From: an uncultured Gemmatimonadales bacterium
Lineage (GTDB): Bacteria; Gemmatimonadota; Gemmatimonadetes; Gemmatimonadales; GWC2-71-9
Length of the DNA: 64,000 bases
Direction: 5' to 3'
Assembly (NCBI GenBank): GCA_963798915.1
Contig: CAWCVB010000002.1
Span: forward strand, 672,001 to 736,000
Shown piece after piece: positions 8,594 to 18,596 of the stretch; the first letter of the stretch is position 1, and every line of letters begins with the position of its first letter. The translations under genes were made by a program, and so were the position numbers. Under the pieces are notes generated by a model. It made no database searches, was not told where the DNA came from, and saw only the letters and a program-made list of their open reading frames with translations.

Positions 8594-9738
8594 GCACGGC
8601 CGGCGTGGGTGCGTTGCTACCGGTCTATGCCCAGATGCCGGTGAAGCCAGTCACGGGTCGTGGGTCATGGGTCATGGATGAAGATGGCAACCGCTGGCTC
8701 GATGCCTACGGAGGCCACGCGGTGGCGGCCACCGGCCACAGCCATCCGGCAGTGGTGAAGGCGATCAGCGAGCAGGCCGAAGCACTCCTGTTCTACTCCT
8801 CGGTGCTGCCCCATCCGAACCGGGAGCGGCTGGCGGCCGAGCTGGTGCGGCGCATGCCGGCGGGCTTGTCGCATGTGTTCTTCGCCAACTCCGGAGCGGA
8901 AGCCAACGAATCCGCCATGCTGCTGGCGCGGAAAGTGACCGGTCGCTCGCGCATGCTCTCGGTCGCTGGCGGGTGGCACGGTCGTACCATCGCGTGTCTC
9001 TCCGTCACCGACGGCGAGAAGTACGAGGCCGGTGCTCGCGCCGCCGGCATGCCGCTGTCGGTCAAGGTCGGGTTCAACGATGTCAGCGCGCTCGATGAGC
9101 TGATTGACGACTCGGTCGCCGCGGTCATCGTGGAACCAGTGCAGGGAATGAAGGGCGCCCGTGACTGCGCTCCCGAATTTCTGGACGCTGCGCGTCAGTT
9201 GACTGCCGCGCGTGGTTCCCTGCTCATTTTCGACGAGATTCAGTGTGGCGTGGGCCGGACCGGCGCATTCACCGCCGCCGAGTCATTCGGGGTCGTGCCC
9301 GATCTCCTGACCATGGCCAAGGGACTCGGTTCCGGGCTGCCGATCAGTGCGGTCGTGGCGACTGCAGCAATTGCCGGTCAGGTCAAGGTGGGGGACCTGG
9401 GCAGCACCTTCGGTGGCGGGCCGGTGCCCTGCGCCGCCGCCCTCGCCACGCTTCAGGTTATCGATGACGAGGACCTGCTGCTCAACGTGCGCAGGATGGC
9501 ACAGCGGCTTCGCGCTGGCGCATTGCGGGCGGGAGTGCAGGCGGTGCAGGGCCGGGGCCTGCTGCTTGGACTTCGGCTCGATCGGCCGGCGACTGACGTG
9601 CAGCGCGCGCTGTTCCAGCGACGGATTCTGACCGGCACGTCCACCGATCCCGCCGTGCTTCGGCTGATGCCCCCATTGTCATTTTCCGCCGACGAGGCGG
9701 ACCTGCTGATCGCGACGCTGGTCGAGGTCCTCGCATGA
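8587..9738 (+). CDS. argD: Acetylornithine aminotransferase
   Basis: Class III PLP motifs NSGAEANE, FDEIQCGVGRTG, MAKGLG, GSTFGG; operon context. Confidence 0.9.
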   Translation: MLSTAGVGALLPVYAQMPVKPVTGRGSWVMDEDGNRWLDAYGGHAVAATGHSHPAVVKAISEQAEALLFYSSVLPHPNRERLAAELVRRMPAGLSHVFFANSGAEANESAMLLARKVTGRSRMLSVAGGWHGRTIACLSVTDGEKYEAGARAAGMPLSVKVGFNDVSALDELIDDSVAAVIVEPVQGMKGARDCAPEFLDAARQLTAARGSLLIFDEIQCGVGRTGAFTAAESFGVVPDLLTMAKGLGSGLPISAVVATAAIAGQVKVGDLGSTFGGGPVPCAAALATLQVIDDEDLLLNVRRMAQRLRAGALRAGVQAVQGRGLLLGLRLDRPATDVQRALFQRRILTGTSTDPAVLRLMPPLSFSADEADLLIATLVEVLA

Positions 9739-10748
9739 GCGGCCGCGACTTCCTGGCGATGGAGGACTGGGGCAGCGAGGGCGTGGAATCCCTTCTCTCG
9801 CTGGCGGCGCGCATCAAGCGCGGGGAGGTGACGGGTGGACTCGAGCGCAAGATCCTGGCCGCCATCTTCATGGACCCGAGCCTGCGCACCCGGTCCAGCT
9901 TCGAGGCCGGCATGTTCCTTCACGGCGGGCACGCGATCATCCTGGAGCCGGGGAAGGGAAGCTGGGCCCTGGAAACGGAACATGGCGTCGTGATGGACGG
10001 TGCCTCGGTCGAGCATGTGATCGAGGCGGCACGGGTGCTCAGCCGTTATGCCGATGCGCTCGCGGTCCGGGCATTTCCGAAGGGCGGGACCTGGCAAGCG
10101 GCGCGCGAGGACCGGGTCATCCGGGACTTCGCACGCCATGCGTCGAAGCCGGTCATCAACATGGAGAGCACGCGCCGCCATCCCTGCCAGGGGCTGGCCG
10201 ACGCCATGACCTTGCGCGAACACCTGGGCACCACCCGGCGGAAGCGGTTCGTCCTCGCCTGGGCGTGGCACCCCAGGGCGCTTCCGACGGCCGTGCCCGC
10301 CAGCGCCGCCATTGCGGCCGCGATGCTGGGAATGGATGTGGTGATTGCCCGGCCCCCGGGCTATCAGCTCGACCCCGATGACATGGCCACCATCGCGCGC
10401 TGCGCCGATGAGGCGGGCGGCAGTGTGACGGAATCGGAGGAGCTCGACGCGGCCCTGGAGGGTGCCGACGCCGTGTACGTCAAGTCATGGGGCGCGCTCT
10501 CCGCATTTGGCCGACCGGAGGCCGAGGCCGTGCTGCGCGAACCGCACCGTGGCTGGCGCATGACCGCCGGCCGCCAGCACCTGAGCCGTGGCGGTGCGGG
10601 TATCGTCATGCACTGCCTGCCGGTGCGTCGGAACGTCGAGATCGATGATGCCGTGCTCGACGGCCCGCACTCGGTGGTCGTGGATGAAGCGGAGAACCGC
10701 CTGCATGTACAGCGGGCGTTGTTGCTCGAGATACTCGCTGAACGCTGA
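9735..10748 (+). CDS. argF: N-acetylornithine carbamoyltransferase (ArgF'/AOTCase type)
   Basis: PSLRTRSSFE, HPCQ, WAWHPRALPTAVP loop and HCLPVRRNVE, as in Xanthomonas-type AOTCase. Confidence 0.9.
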   Translation: MSGRDFLAMEDWGSEGVESLLSLAARIKRGEVTGGLERKILAAIFMDPSLRTRSSFEAGMFLHGGHAIILEPGKGSWALETEHGVVMDGASVEHVIEAARVLSRYADALAVRAFPKGGTWQAAREDRVIRDFARHASKPVINMESTRRHPCQGLADAMTLREHLGTTRRKRFVLAWAWHPRALPTAVPASAAIAAAMLGMDVVIARPPGYQLDPDDMATIARCADEAGGSVTESEELDAALEGADAVYVKSWGALSAFGRPEAEAVLREPHRGWRMTAGRQHLSRGGAGIVMHCLPVRRNVEIDDAVLDGPHSVVVDEAENRLHVQRALLLEILAER

Positions 10749-10760
10749 GGCACTATTGTC

Positions 10761-10820
10761 GCACAGCGCACAGCGCACAGGAAGCGCACAGCGCACAGCG
10801 CACAGCGCACAGCGCATAGC
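10761..10820 (+). repeat. Heptamer tandem repeat (GCACAGC) x ~8
   Basis: Directly visible between argF' and argB, with one interruption. Confidence 0.95.
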
Positions 10821-10823
10821 CTC

Positions 10824-11786
10824 TTGTCACCCAAGGAGCTCACCCTGTCACTGGATCCAACTCAGGGCATTGCCGGCCTCAAGGGCGCGCTGCGCTACGT
10901 ACGCGCCTATCGCGACCAGGTGTTCGTGGTCAAGCTGGGCGGCGACGTGCTGCGGGATGCCGACCTGCTCGACCAGGTCGCCACTCAGCTGGCCTTGCTC
11001 CACTCGCTGAGCATCCGTCTCGTCGTCGTCCATGGCGGCGGGCCCCAGGCGTCGGCGCTGATGCGCCGCCTGGGCCAGGAGCCCGTCATGGTCGGCGGCC
11101 GCCGGGTCACCGACGATGCGGCGCTGGAAGTCGTCAAGATGGTGTACGCCGGGTTGCTGAACACCGATCTCGTTTCCGCGCTGCGCGGGCATCGGGTGCA
11201 GCCGGTCGGCTTGAGCGGAGTGGATGCCGACCTGCTCACCGCCCATCGGCGGCCCCCGGTGGATGTGGTGGACGATGAGGGACGCAGCCGCCTGGTGGAC
11301 TTCGGCCATGTTGGCGACCTGGACCGGGTGGATGTCCGTGTCCTGGTCACGCTCATGGATGCGCGGTTCGTGCCGGTGGTGGCGAGCCTCGCGGGAGACG
11401 ACGACGGCAATGTGTTCAACGTCAACGCCGACACCGTGGCCGAAGCACTCGCCACGGCGCTGCGGGCCCAGAAACTGATCTTCCTGACCGGCGTGCCTGG
11501 TGTGCTTCGGGATCGCAACGATCCTTCCACGCTCGTGACATTCGCCGATCCGGACGACCTGATCGGCCTGATGCAGAGTGGCGCTCTGGCCGGAGGCATG
11601 CGGCCCAAGGTGGAGGCCTGTATCCGCGCCGCCACTGGCGGCGTCGAGCGGACCCACATCGTGGATGGCCGTCAGCCCGACGCGTTGCTGACCGAGGTCT
11701 TCACTGGTGCTGGTTGCGGGACCATGATCGTCGGCAGGAAGGAGAAGGCGACCTACCTTGGCGTTGACCTGGCCGCCCGAGATTGA
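10824..11786 (+). CDS. argB: Acetylglutamate kinase (no fused GNAT domain)
   Basis: FVVKLGG, VVHGGGPQ, GRRVTD, NVNADT, GGMRPKV; start is TTG 10824 or possibly CTG 10845. Confidence 0.92.
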   Translation: MSPKELTLSLDPTQGIAGLKGALRYVRAYRDQVFVVKLGGDVLRDADLLDQVATQLALLHSLSIRLVVVHGGGPQASALMRRLGQEPVMVGGRRVTDDAALEVVKMVYAGLLNTDLVSALRGHRVQPVGLSGVDADLLTAHRRPPVDVVDDEGRSRLVDFGHVGDLDRVDVRVLVTLMDARFVPVVASLAGDDDGNVFNVNADTVAEALATALRAQKLIFLTGVPGVLRDRNDPSTLVTFADPDDLIGLMQSGALAGGMRPKVEACIRAATGGVERTHIVDGRQPDALLTEVFTGAGCGTMIVGRKEKATYLGVDLAARD

Positions 11787-12834
11787 GCTGCTCCGCAGCC
11801 TGGTCGCGACTCCTTCGGTCAGCGGGACCGAGGCGGCGGCAGGCGAGGTCGTGGCGGTGCAGGCCCGCGAGTGGGGACTCGACGCGGTGCGCGATGCGCA
11901 TGGGGTGCGCGTGGAAGTTCGCGGCGGGCTCCCGGGGCCGACCCTGGCCCTGGTGTCGCACCTCGACACCGTGCCTCCGGGCGAGGGGTGGACTCGCGAT
12001 CCCTACCGGGCCACCATCGAGGCCGGGCGGCTGTACGGTCGTGGCGCGGGCGATGCGAAAGGGCCGGTTTCAGCGATGCTCGCTGCCGCCTGGGACGTGG
12101 CGCGCGAGCAGCGCCTGGCCCGCGGGCGCTTGCTGGTCCTGCTGGGCTATGGCGAGGAGACACGGCACACGACCATGCCCGCCGCGGTAGCCGGCGCAGG
12201 CCCCATTGACGCGGCCATCATCGGCGAGCCAACCAATCTGGACTTTGCGGTGGCCCAGCGCGGCCTCATGATGGTGGACCTTGTGGCTGCGGGCGATCAG
12301 CGGCATGCGGGGTACGCCGCGGCTGATGGCGAGTTCACCAACGCGGCGCTGGTGCTGGCGGCCGACCTGCTCCGGCTGGGCCAGCTCTTCCATGAACGGG
12401 CGCACCCGATGCTCGGTTTTCCTACCATCACTCCAACCATGCTCGAAGCCGGGGTAAGCCGGAACGTGACTCCGCCATCCGCTCGAGCCGTGCTCGACAT
12501 CAGGAGTACGCCGACATGGCCTCACGCTGAAATCGCCGAGCGTCTTCGGCGCGAGCTTCGGTCGGAGGTGGCCGTCACCTCGGACCGGCTGGTTCCCTGC
12601 GAGACGCCGGAGAGTTCGCGACTGCTTGGCGTGATGCGACAGGCCCGCGCGGCCTCCCGCTCGTACGGCAGCCCGACCTGCTCGGACTGGGTATTCCTGC
12701 GCGATCACGACACCGTGAAGTGCGGGCCCGGCACCAGCCGTCGCTCGCATACGCCCGACGAATTCATTGACCTGCATGAGGTGAGTGCCGCGCGAGACCT
12801 CTACGCACGGGTCGCGGAGAGTTACCTCCAGTGA
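11764..12834 (+). CDS. argE: M20 deacetylase ArgE (acetylornithine/acetylcitrulline deacetylase)
   Basis: SHLDTVP, GRGAGDAKG, GEET, GEPT, SHTPDE; operon context. Confidence 0.85.
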   Translation: MTWPPEIELLRSLVATPSVSGTEAAAGEVVAVQAREWGLDAVRDAHGVRVEVRGGLPGPTLALVSHLDTVPPGEGWTRDPYRATIEAGRLYGRGAGDAKGPVSAMLAAAWDVAREQRLARGRLLVLLGYGEETRHTTMPAAVAGAGPIDAAIIGEPTNLDFAVAQRGLMMVDLVAAGDQRHAGYAAADGEFTNAALVLAADLLRLGQLFHERAHPMLGFPTITPTMLEAGVSRNVTPPSARAVLDIRSTPTWPHAEIAERLRRELRSEVAVTSDRLVPCETPESSRLLGVMRQARAASRSYGSPTCSDWVFLRDHDTVKCGPGTSRRSHTPDEFIDLHEVSAARDLYARVAESYLQ

Positions 12835-14198
12835 GACGCCCGGAAATGCTCTGGTCTCCCGGGGCCGAACCCAATGTGCAGATGCTGGCGTACACAGTGG
12901 GCGATGATCCGGTGTGGGATGCGGCGCTGCTCCGCTGGGACGTGCTGGGCAGTCTGGGGCACGTGGCTGGGCTCAAGGCATCGTCGCTGCTGAGCGAACG
13001 GGAGTATCGCAGTCTTCGCGCCGGACTCCGCGCGGCGCTCAAGGCGGTGGATGCCGGCCGCCTGACCATTGGCCGGAACCATGAGGACGCCCACTCTGCC
13101 GTCGAGGCGTGGCTGACTGGCCGCAGCAGGGTGGCGGGCGAGCGGTTGCATACCGGACGTTCGCGCAACGACCAGATCGCCGTGGACCTGCGGCTGTTCC
13201 TGAAGCACACCCTGCTCGAGATTCATGCCTCGGCGAGCTCCTTGGCCATGGCGCTGGTGCGGTTCGGCGTTGGCCATCGCGCCGTCCTGTGGCCGGGCTA
13301 CACCCATCAGCGCCGGGCAATGCCGTCCTCGGCGGCGCTCTGGGCCGGCGCACTCGCCGAAGGTCTGCTCGACACCCTGGAAGACCTGCCGACCCTCTGG
13401 CGGCGGGTGGACCGCTCGCCGCTGGGCAGCGCCGCTGGTTACGGCGTGCCGCTTCCGCTCAAGCGCGAGGCGGCAGCGCGGGCCCTCGGCTTCGCCGGGC
13501 TGGACCGGAACGTGGCCAGTGTGCAGAACAGCCGGGGCAAGCTCGAGGCCTCGGTGCTGGCCTGGTGTGGCCAGCTGGGTCACGACCTGTCCAAGCTGGC
13601 GAGCGACGTCATGCTCTTCACAGCGGAGGAATTTGGCTACCTCATCCTGCCGCCGGCCCTGGCCACCGGTTCCAGCATCATGCCCCATAAGCGGAACCCG
13701 GATCTCTTCGAATTGACCCGCGGGCGGGCGGCCGCGTTGGACGGCGATCTGGTCACCATGCTGCTGCTCAAGGGCAAGCTCGGCACGGGCTATCACCGCG
13801 ACTTTCAGTTGCTCAAGGAGCCGCTCTTCCGGGGATTGCACCGCACCCAGGAGATGCTGGCCATGATGACCACCGCCGTGCCGATGCTGAAGGTGGACCC
13901 GGAGCGCTGTCGCGCTGCGCTGGCTGGCGGTGCACTCGCCACGGACGAAGTGATGCGGCGGGTCGAAGCGGGCGTTCCCTTCCGCCGGGCCTACCGCGAG
14001 GTGGCCGCTGCCATCCGTCGGGGCGAAGCATTCGAGGCGCCGAGCCCGCGGCAGATCGTCGCGCGCCGGCGCTCAACCGGCGGCCTCGGCAATGTGGGGC
14101 TGGCCGAGGCGGCGGCCCGGATCCGCGCGGCGGAACGCTGGCAGCGTGCCGAGCGAAGGCGATTCATGACGGCGATGCGCCGTCTGGCTGGGAGCTGA
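12831..14198 (+). CDS. argH: Argininosuccinate lyase
   Basis: HTGRSRNDQ, PGYTHQRRA, GSSIMPHKRNPD; 455 aa, so no ArgA fusion. Confidence 0.95.
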   Translation: MRRPEMLWSPGAEPNVQMLAYTVGDDPVWDAALLRWDVLGSLGHVAGLKASSLLSEREYRSLRAGLRAALKAVDAGRLTIGRNHEDAHSAVEAWLTGRSRVAGERLHTGRSRNDQIAVDLRLFLKHTLLEIHASASSLAMALVRFGVGHRAVLWPGYTHQRRAMPSSAALWAGALAEGLLDTLEDLPTLWRRVDRSPLGSAAGYGVPLPLKREAAARALGFAGLDRNVASVQNSRGKLEASVLAWCGQLGHDLSKLASDVMLFTAEEFGYLILPPALATGSSIMPHKRNPDLFELTRGRAAALDGDLVTMLLLKGKLGTGYHRDFQLLKEPLFRGLHRTQEMLAMMTTAVPMLKVDPERCRAALAGGALATDEVMRRVEAGVPFRRAYREVAAAIRRGEAFEAPSPRQIVARRRSTGGLGNVGLAEAAARIRAAERWQRAERRRFMTAMRRLAGS

Positions 14199-14202
14199 GA
14201 CG

Positions 14203-14661
14203 GTGAGCAGCGATCGCCGCAAACGCCAGCTCAAGATCCTCGAGATGATCGAGACCCGGGCATTGCGTACCCAGGAGGAGGTGGCGGACGCACTCGCATC
14301 GGAAGGCTGGGACGTGACCCAGTCCAGCGTGAGCCGGGATATCGCAGCGCTTGGATTGGTCAAGGTGGGCGGGGCATACCGGCGTCCCGCTGCGATCGCT
14401 GTCAATGCGGACGATCCCGACGAGCGGCGTCTGGCCGAGGGTGTGCTGACGGCCGAACCGGCGGGTGACGGACTGGTGGTGCTGCACACGCCTCCGGGCG
14501 AGGCGAGTCGCGTGGGGGCGGCACTCGACCGGCTGGCCTGGAATGAGATCGTGGGAACCATTGCCGGTGACGATACCATTTTTCTCGCCACCAACGGCCG
14601 GGCCGCGCAGCGGCGACTGCTGCGGCTGGTGGGGCGATTTGTGAGCACCGGGCGAGCTTGA
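14203..14661 (+). CDS. argR: Arginine repressor
   Basis: TQEEV, VTQSSVSRDI, GTIAGDDTIF. Confidence 0.95.
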   Translation: MSSDRRKRQLKILEMIETRALRTQEEVADALASEGWDVTQSSVSRDIAALGLVKVGGAYRRPAAIAVNADDPDERRLAEGVLTAEPAGDGLVVLHTPPGEASRVGAALDRLAWNEIVGTIAGDDTIFLATNGRAAQRRLLRLVGRFVSTGRA

Positions 14662-14725
14662 CGGCTCGGTGGCTCGGCGGAAAGATGGCGCGTTGCGAGC
14701 TCGGTACCTCCAGCCGTCCAGCCGT
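14661..14725. repeat. Degenerate inverted octamer repeats between convergent genes (possible bidirectional terminator)
   Basis: GACGGCTC/GGTGGCTC on the left, CCAGCCGT x2 on the right. Confidence 0.45.
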
Positions 14726-16416
14726 TACTCCTTCCGCCACCCTGGTCCCCGCAGGAACCGCCCCGGCGTCGCGCCGGTATGCTCACCGTCCTTGAGCACC
14801 TGCATGCCGTTCACGAACACGTCCCGGACGCCGGTCGAGTACTGGTGTGGCTTCTCGAAGGTCGCATGGTCAATGATGGTTGCCGGATCGAAGATGACCA
14901 CGTCCGCGAAGTACCCGGGAGCGAGCCGGCCCCGTCGGACAAGCTTGAGATTGGCAGCCGGGAGCGACGTAAGCTTCCGAATCGCCTCGGTCAGCGGCAA
15001 AGCGTGCTGCTCCCGCACGTAGCGGCCGAGCAGCCGGGCCACGTTGCCATAGGCGCGCGGATGGGTACCGGTTCGAAGGAAGACTCCCTCGGTGGCATAG
15101 CTTCCCGCGTCCGACCCGAAGCTCACCCACGGGATCGCCACCTTCTTCCTGACATTCTCTTCTGACATGGTGAAGAAGACACAGCCGACGCGGCTGTCGT
15201 CCTGGATGACCAGGTCCATGGCAGTGGCCTCTGGTGAGGTGCCGCGCAGCCGTGCTACTTCGCCCAGGGTCTTGCCAATCAGGTAGCGCAACGAATCCTG
15301 GCGGAAGCTCACGAGGAGGATGCCGTCCGGGCCGCCCGCGTTGGCAAACGAATTGTCGTAACCGTCCGCGCCACCTCGCATTTCCCGCACGAGGCGCGCA
15401 CGAATGGCGGGATCGCGAAGCCGGGCGACCCACGCATCGTGACCGCCCTCCTGCACCCAGGTTGGCATGGTGGCGTCGAGACCCGTGGAGCTGGCAGGGT
15501 ACGTATACATGTCGGCCGTGATGGCGAGGCCGGCCCGGCGCGCTGAGTCCACCTTGGCGACAATGGAATCGAGTTTGCCCCAGTTGGCCCGGCCCGAAGC
15601 CTTGAGGTGATAGATTTCGGCGGGCACGCCTGCTGCGTCGGCGATGTGAATCAGTTCGTCCAGGGCGTCGAGCACGTGCGAGCCCTCGTCGCGCATGTGC
15701 GAGATGTACATCCCGTGATACTCACCGGCCGCCCGCGCCAATCCGACCAGCTCCTCGGTCGTGGCGTAGTTGTCCGGGGCGTAGATCAGCGAGGAACCGA
15801 CGCCAAGCGCCCCCTCGCGCATCGCCTGGCGCACCAGCTCCTTCATGCGGTCCAGCTCTGCCGGCGTGGCGGGCCGGTTGGCGTAGCCGACCTCGTGGAT
15901 CCTGACGGTGCCCGCACCGACGAACGAGGCCACGTTGGTCGAGATGCCGCGCCGCTCGAGATATTCCAGGTACTCGCCGAGGGTGGTCCAGGGTATTGCA
16001 TACTTGATGTCCTGCTGGCGGGCGATGGCCTCGGCGCGCATCGAATCGGTCAGCGGGCCCATCGAGCTGCCTTCGCCCATGACCTCGAGCGTTACGCCCT
16101 GGCGGATCCCGCCCTGCGAGCGCCCGTCCTGGATCAGGGAAACATTTGCCCAGCTCAGCATGTTGATGAAGCCGGGCGCCACGGCCATGCCCCTGGCATC
16201 GACTTCGGTGGCCGCGCTGCCGGGTGGCACCGGCCCCACAGCGGCAATGCTGTCGCCGATCAGGGCCACGTCGGTCATGACGGGTGGCGATCCGCTGCCG
16301 TCGTACACGGTGCCGCCCCGGATAACGACGTCGTAGCGATGCGCCGCCGCGCTGGTGCCACAACCTGCGATTCCCAGAAGCAGCCCCCCGGACGCCGCCA
16401 GGGCGACGGTGCGCAC
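14725..16416 (-). CDS. N-acyl-D-amino-acid deacylase (D-aminoacylase family amidohydrolase), probable lipoprotein
   Basis: VIRGGTVYDGSG, APGFINM, SHMRDEG, HPRAYG, GYFADVVIFDP; GTG 16416 after GGAG; IAGC lipobox. Confidence 0.9.
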   Translation of the reverse strand: MRTVALAASGGLLLGIAGCGTSAAAHRYDVVIRGGTVYDGSGSPPVMTDVALIGDSIAAVGPVPPGSAATEVDARGMAVAPGFINMLSWANVSLIQDGRSQGGIRQGVTLEVMGEGSSMGPLTDSMRAEAIARQQDIKYAIPWTTLGEYLEYLERRGISTNVASFVGAGTVRIHEVGYANRPATPAELDRMKELVRQAMREGALGVGSSLIYAPDNYATTEELVGLARAAGEYHGMYISHMRDEGSHVLDALDELIHIADAAGVPAEIYHLKASGRANWGKLDSIVAKVDSARRAGLAITADMYTYPASSTGLDATMPTWVQEGGHDAWVARLRDPAIRARLVREMRGGADGYDNSFANAGGPDGILLVSFRQDSLRYLIGKTLGEVARLRGTSPEATAMDLVIQDDSRVGCVFFTMSEENVRKKVAIPWVSFGSDAGSYATEGVFLRTGTHPRAYGNVARLLGRYVREQHALPLTEAIRKLTSLPAANLKLVRRGRLAPGYFADVVIFDPATIIDHATFEKPHQYSTGVRDVFVNGMQVLKDGEHTGATPGRFLRGPGWRKE

Positions 16417-16447
16417 CAATTCACTCCACAACGAGGCAGAATCGGTC

Positions 16448-16945
16448 ATGGCCATCAGAGACGGACTCCTTGGAGAATTCGATCACGAGATGAGGAATAC
16501 CCGGAGGACGCTCGAGCGGGTGCCCTTCGAGAAGGCGGACTGGCGGCCGCACGGCAAGTCCCCTACGCTGGGTGGCCTCGCCGTGCATCTGGCGATGCTC
16601 CCGCGCCTGGCCGTGCCGGTGCTGACCGCGACGGAACTGGATATCACCACTGCCGGCAGCAAGGACGCGGCACCGGACAGCACGACGGCCCTGTTGCAGC
16701 GCTTCGACGCCTGCACAGCGGCCGCCCGGACGGCGCTGCTCGGACTGGATGACGACGATATCCGCACGCCCTGGACCTTGCGGGTCGGTGAGCGCGAACT
16801 CTGGACGATGCCCCGGCTCGCGGCCTACCGTGCGTTTGTGATGAATCATCTGGTGCATCACCGGGCACAGATTGGCGTGTACCTCCGGCTCAACGACGTG
16901 GCGGTCCCGGCCATCTATGGCCCGTCGGCCGATGAGGCGGTCTGA
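16448..16945 (+). CDS. DinB/YfiT family protein
   Basis: EMRNTRRTLERVP, WRPHGKS, LAVHLA, NHLVHHRAQIGVYLRL. Confidence 0.9.
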   Translation: MAIRDGLLGEFDHEMRNTRRTLERVPFEKADWRPHGKSPTLGGLAVHLAMLPRLAVPVLTATELDITTAGSKDAAPDSTTALLQRFDACTAAARTALLGLDDDDIRTPWTLRVGERELWTMPRLAAYRAFVMNHLVHHRAQIGVYLRLNDVAVPAIYGPSADEAV

Positions 16946-17391
16946 GCTTCGCTGACCCGGCGCGCAAAGTCATTCCAGAAATCTTCCGTAAATGAACGCA
17001 CCACGCCCTCCAGCAGGCGGGCGCCCAGCCCGGCCAGGGCGCCTTGCACTTCTCCCTCGGCGTTCCAGTGGAGCCGTTGGCGATCGGCAGCGAGCGTCTC
17101 GATGCGGACGCGCGATCGCACCTCGACCTCCGTGCCCGGCGCCGTGCCCGTGGCGGTAAGGCTGGCGTGTTCCTGGGGCACGAGGTCGTGCATGCGCACA
17201 TGCATCACGATATGAAGCTTGAAGACGGAAACGCCCAGGCCCAGATGCAGGTCGTAGCGTTCCGGCGAGAGCACCTCGACGTCATCCACACCTGGCGCCG
17301 AGGCGGCGACAAACCGCGGATCGAGCAAGGCGCGCCAGACCCGGTCGCGGGTGGCGGTGACGTCTGGCGAGCCCGCGAAGTGCAGTTTCAT
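16915..17391 (-). CDS. CoxG/SRPBCC family protein
   Basis: VWRALLDP...PG, GALAGLGARLL. Confidence 0.85.
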   Translation of the reverse strand: MKLHFAGSPDVTATRDRVWRALLDPRFVAASAPGVDDVEVLSPERYDLHLGLGVSVFKLHIVMHVRMHDLVPQEHASLTATGTAPGTEVEVRSRVRIETLAADRQRLHWNAEGEVQGALAGLGARLLEGVVRSFTEDFWNDFARRVSEAQTASSADGP

Positions 17392-17450
17392 GAAGGGGCT
17401 GTCCGGGTCATGGTCGCGAGTTTCCGCCTCATGGCGATAAGTTAGGGTGC

Positions 17451-18596
17451 ATGCGCGTAGCCATCTTCTCCGAAGTCTACTGGCCGATGGTCAGTGGCGT
17501 GGGGGTGACCCTCCGGCGCCTGGCCGACAGCCTGCTGGCGCGGGGCCACGCCGTGCGGGTCTATTCCGCATCCTACGCGCTGCCGCATTCCGGCGATCGG
17601 CCGGAAGTCTGCCGCTCCCCCAGCCGGCCCTTCTTTCTGTACCCCGACGTGCAATGGGCCTTCCCTCGTCATCGGACGCTGGTAGCCGATGTCGCGCGGT
17701 TTCAGCCGGACGTTGTTCACCTGGCCACCGAATTTGCCATGGGATACGCCGGCGCCAGGGTGGCGCGCCAGCTGGCCCTTCCGGTGGTGGCCTCCGCCCA
17801 TACCGATTACGAACAGTACGCCTCCCGTTATCGGGTGGACTGGGCGGTCCGCGCTGGTTGGCGCTATCTCCGCTGGTTTTACGGCCAGGCCGAAACCGTG
17901 CTTTGTCCGACGCGAATCTATGAGGAGCACCTGCATGCTCGAGGCGTGACCAACACCGGGATCTGGTCGCGCGGGGTGGACGCCCGCGTCTTTCATCCCG
18001 ACTTCCGCTCCAACGCGTTTCGCGGGGCGCTGGGCGCCCGCGAAGGCGACCTGGTGGTAACCTACATCGGGCGGATGGCGCGGGAAAAGAATCTGGAGCT
18101 GCTGCTCGAGGCGTGGACGCTGCTTCGGGCGAGGCATCCGTCGGCCCGGCTGGTGCTGGTGGGGGAGGGTCCCCTGGAGGAGCAGATCGCGCAACGCGCC
18201 CTCCCAGGTGTGCACCTCACCGGCCTCCTCACCGGCCGTGACCTCGCCGAAGCCTACGCCTCGGCCGACCTGTTCGCATTTCCCAGCGTCACCGAGACAT
18301 TCGGCAATGTCCTGCTCGAGGCAATGGCGTCAGGACTCCCGTCGGTGGTGGCAGCGGCCGGTGGCGTGCTGGAGTTCGCGCGCCACGGCCGGAATGCCTG
18401 GCTGGTCGAGCCGAGCTCGGCCGACGCCCTCGCTCACGGCATGGACCGCCTGCTGACCGACCATGAACTTCGCCACGGACTCGGCCGGGGCGCGCTCGCA
18501 ACGGCGGCGGCGCGGGGATGGGAAGGGGTGGATGACCAGCTTCTGCAGGACTACCAGGAGGTGGCGGAGCGCTTTGCCGCTCGGCAGGCGGCATAG
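17451..18596 (+). CDS. GT4 glycosyltransferase (MgtA/PimB-like)
   Basis: YWPMVSGVG, WSRGVD, GRMAREKN, ETFGNVLLEAMASG. Confidence 0.92.
   Translation: MRVAIFSEVYWPMVSGVGVTLRRLADSLLARGHAVRVYSASYALPHSGDRPEVCRSPSRPFFLYPDVQWAFPRHRTLVADVARFQPDVVHLATEFAMGYAGARVARQLALPVVASAHTDYEQYASRYRVDWAVRAGWRYLRWFYGQAETVLCPTRIYEEHLHARGVTNTGIWSRGVDARVFHPDFRSNAFRGALGAREGDLVVTYIGRMAREKNLELLLEAWTLLRARHPSARLVLVGEGPLEEQIAQRALPGVHLTGLLTGRDLAEAYASADLFAFPSVTETFGNVLLEAMASGLPSVVAAAGGVLEFARHGRNAWLVEPSSADALAHGMDRLLTDHELRHGLGRGALATAAARGWEGVDDQLLQDYQEVAERFAARQAA

Noticed and set aside
10761..10820. Short repeats as a CRISPR array
   Set aside because: 7-8 bp tandem units without spacers; no cas genes
14725..16416. D-aminoacylase plus the DUF1611 gene as a D-glutamate catabolic (Dgc) pathway
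   Set aside because: Opposite strand, an exported lipoprotein, 7 kb away, and no adjacent DgcA-like racemase; the DUF1611 gene is locked inside the arg operon
16915..17391. CoxG as evidence for a CO dehydrogenase
   Set aside because: No coxL/M/S nearby; SRPBCC proteins are often stand-alone
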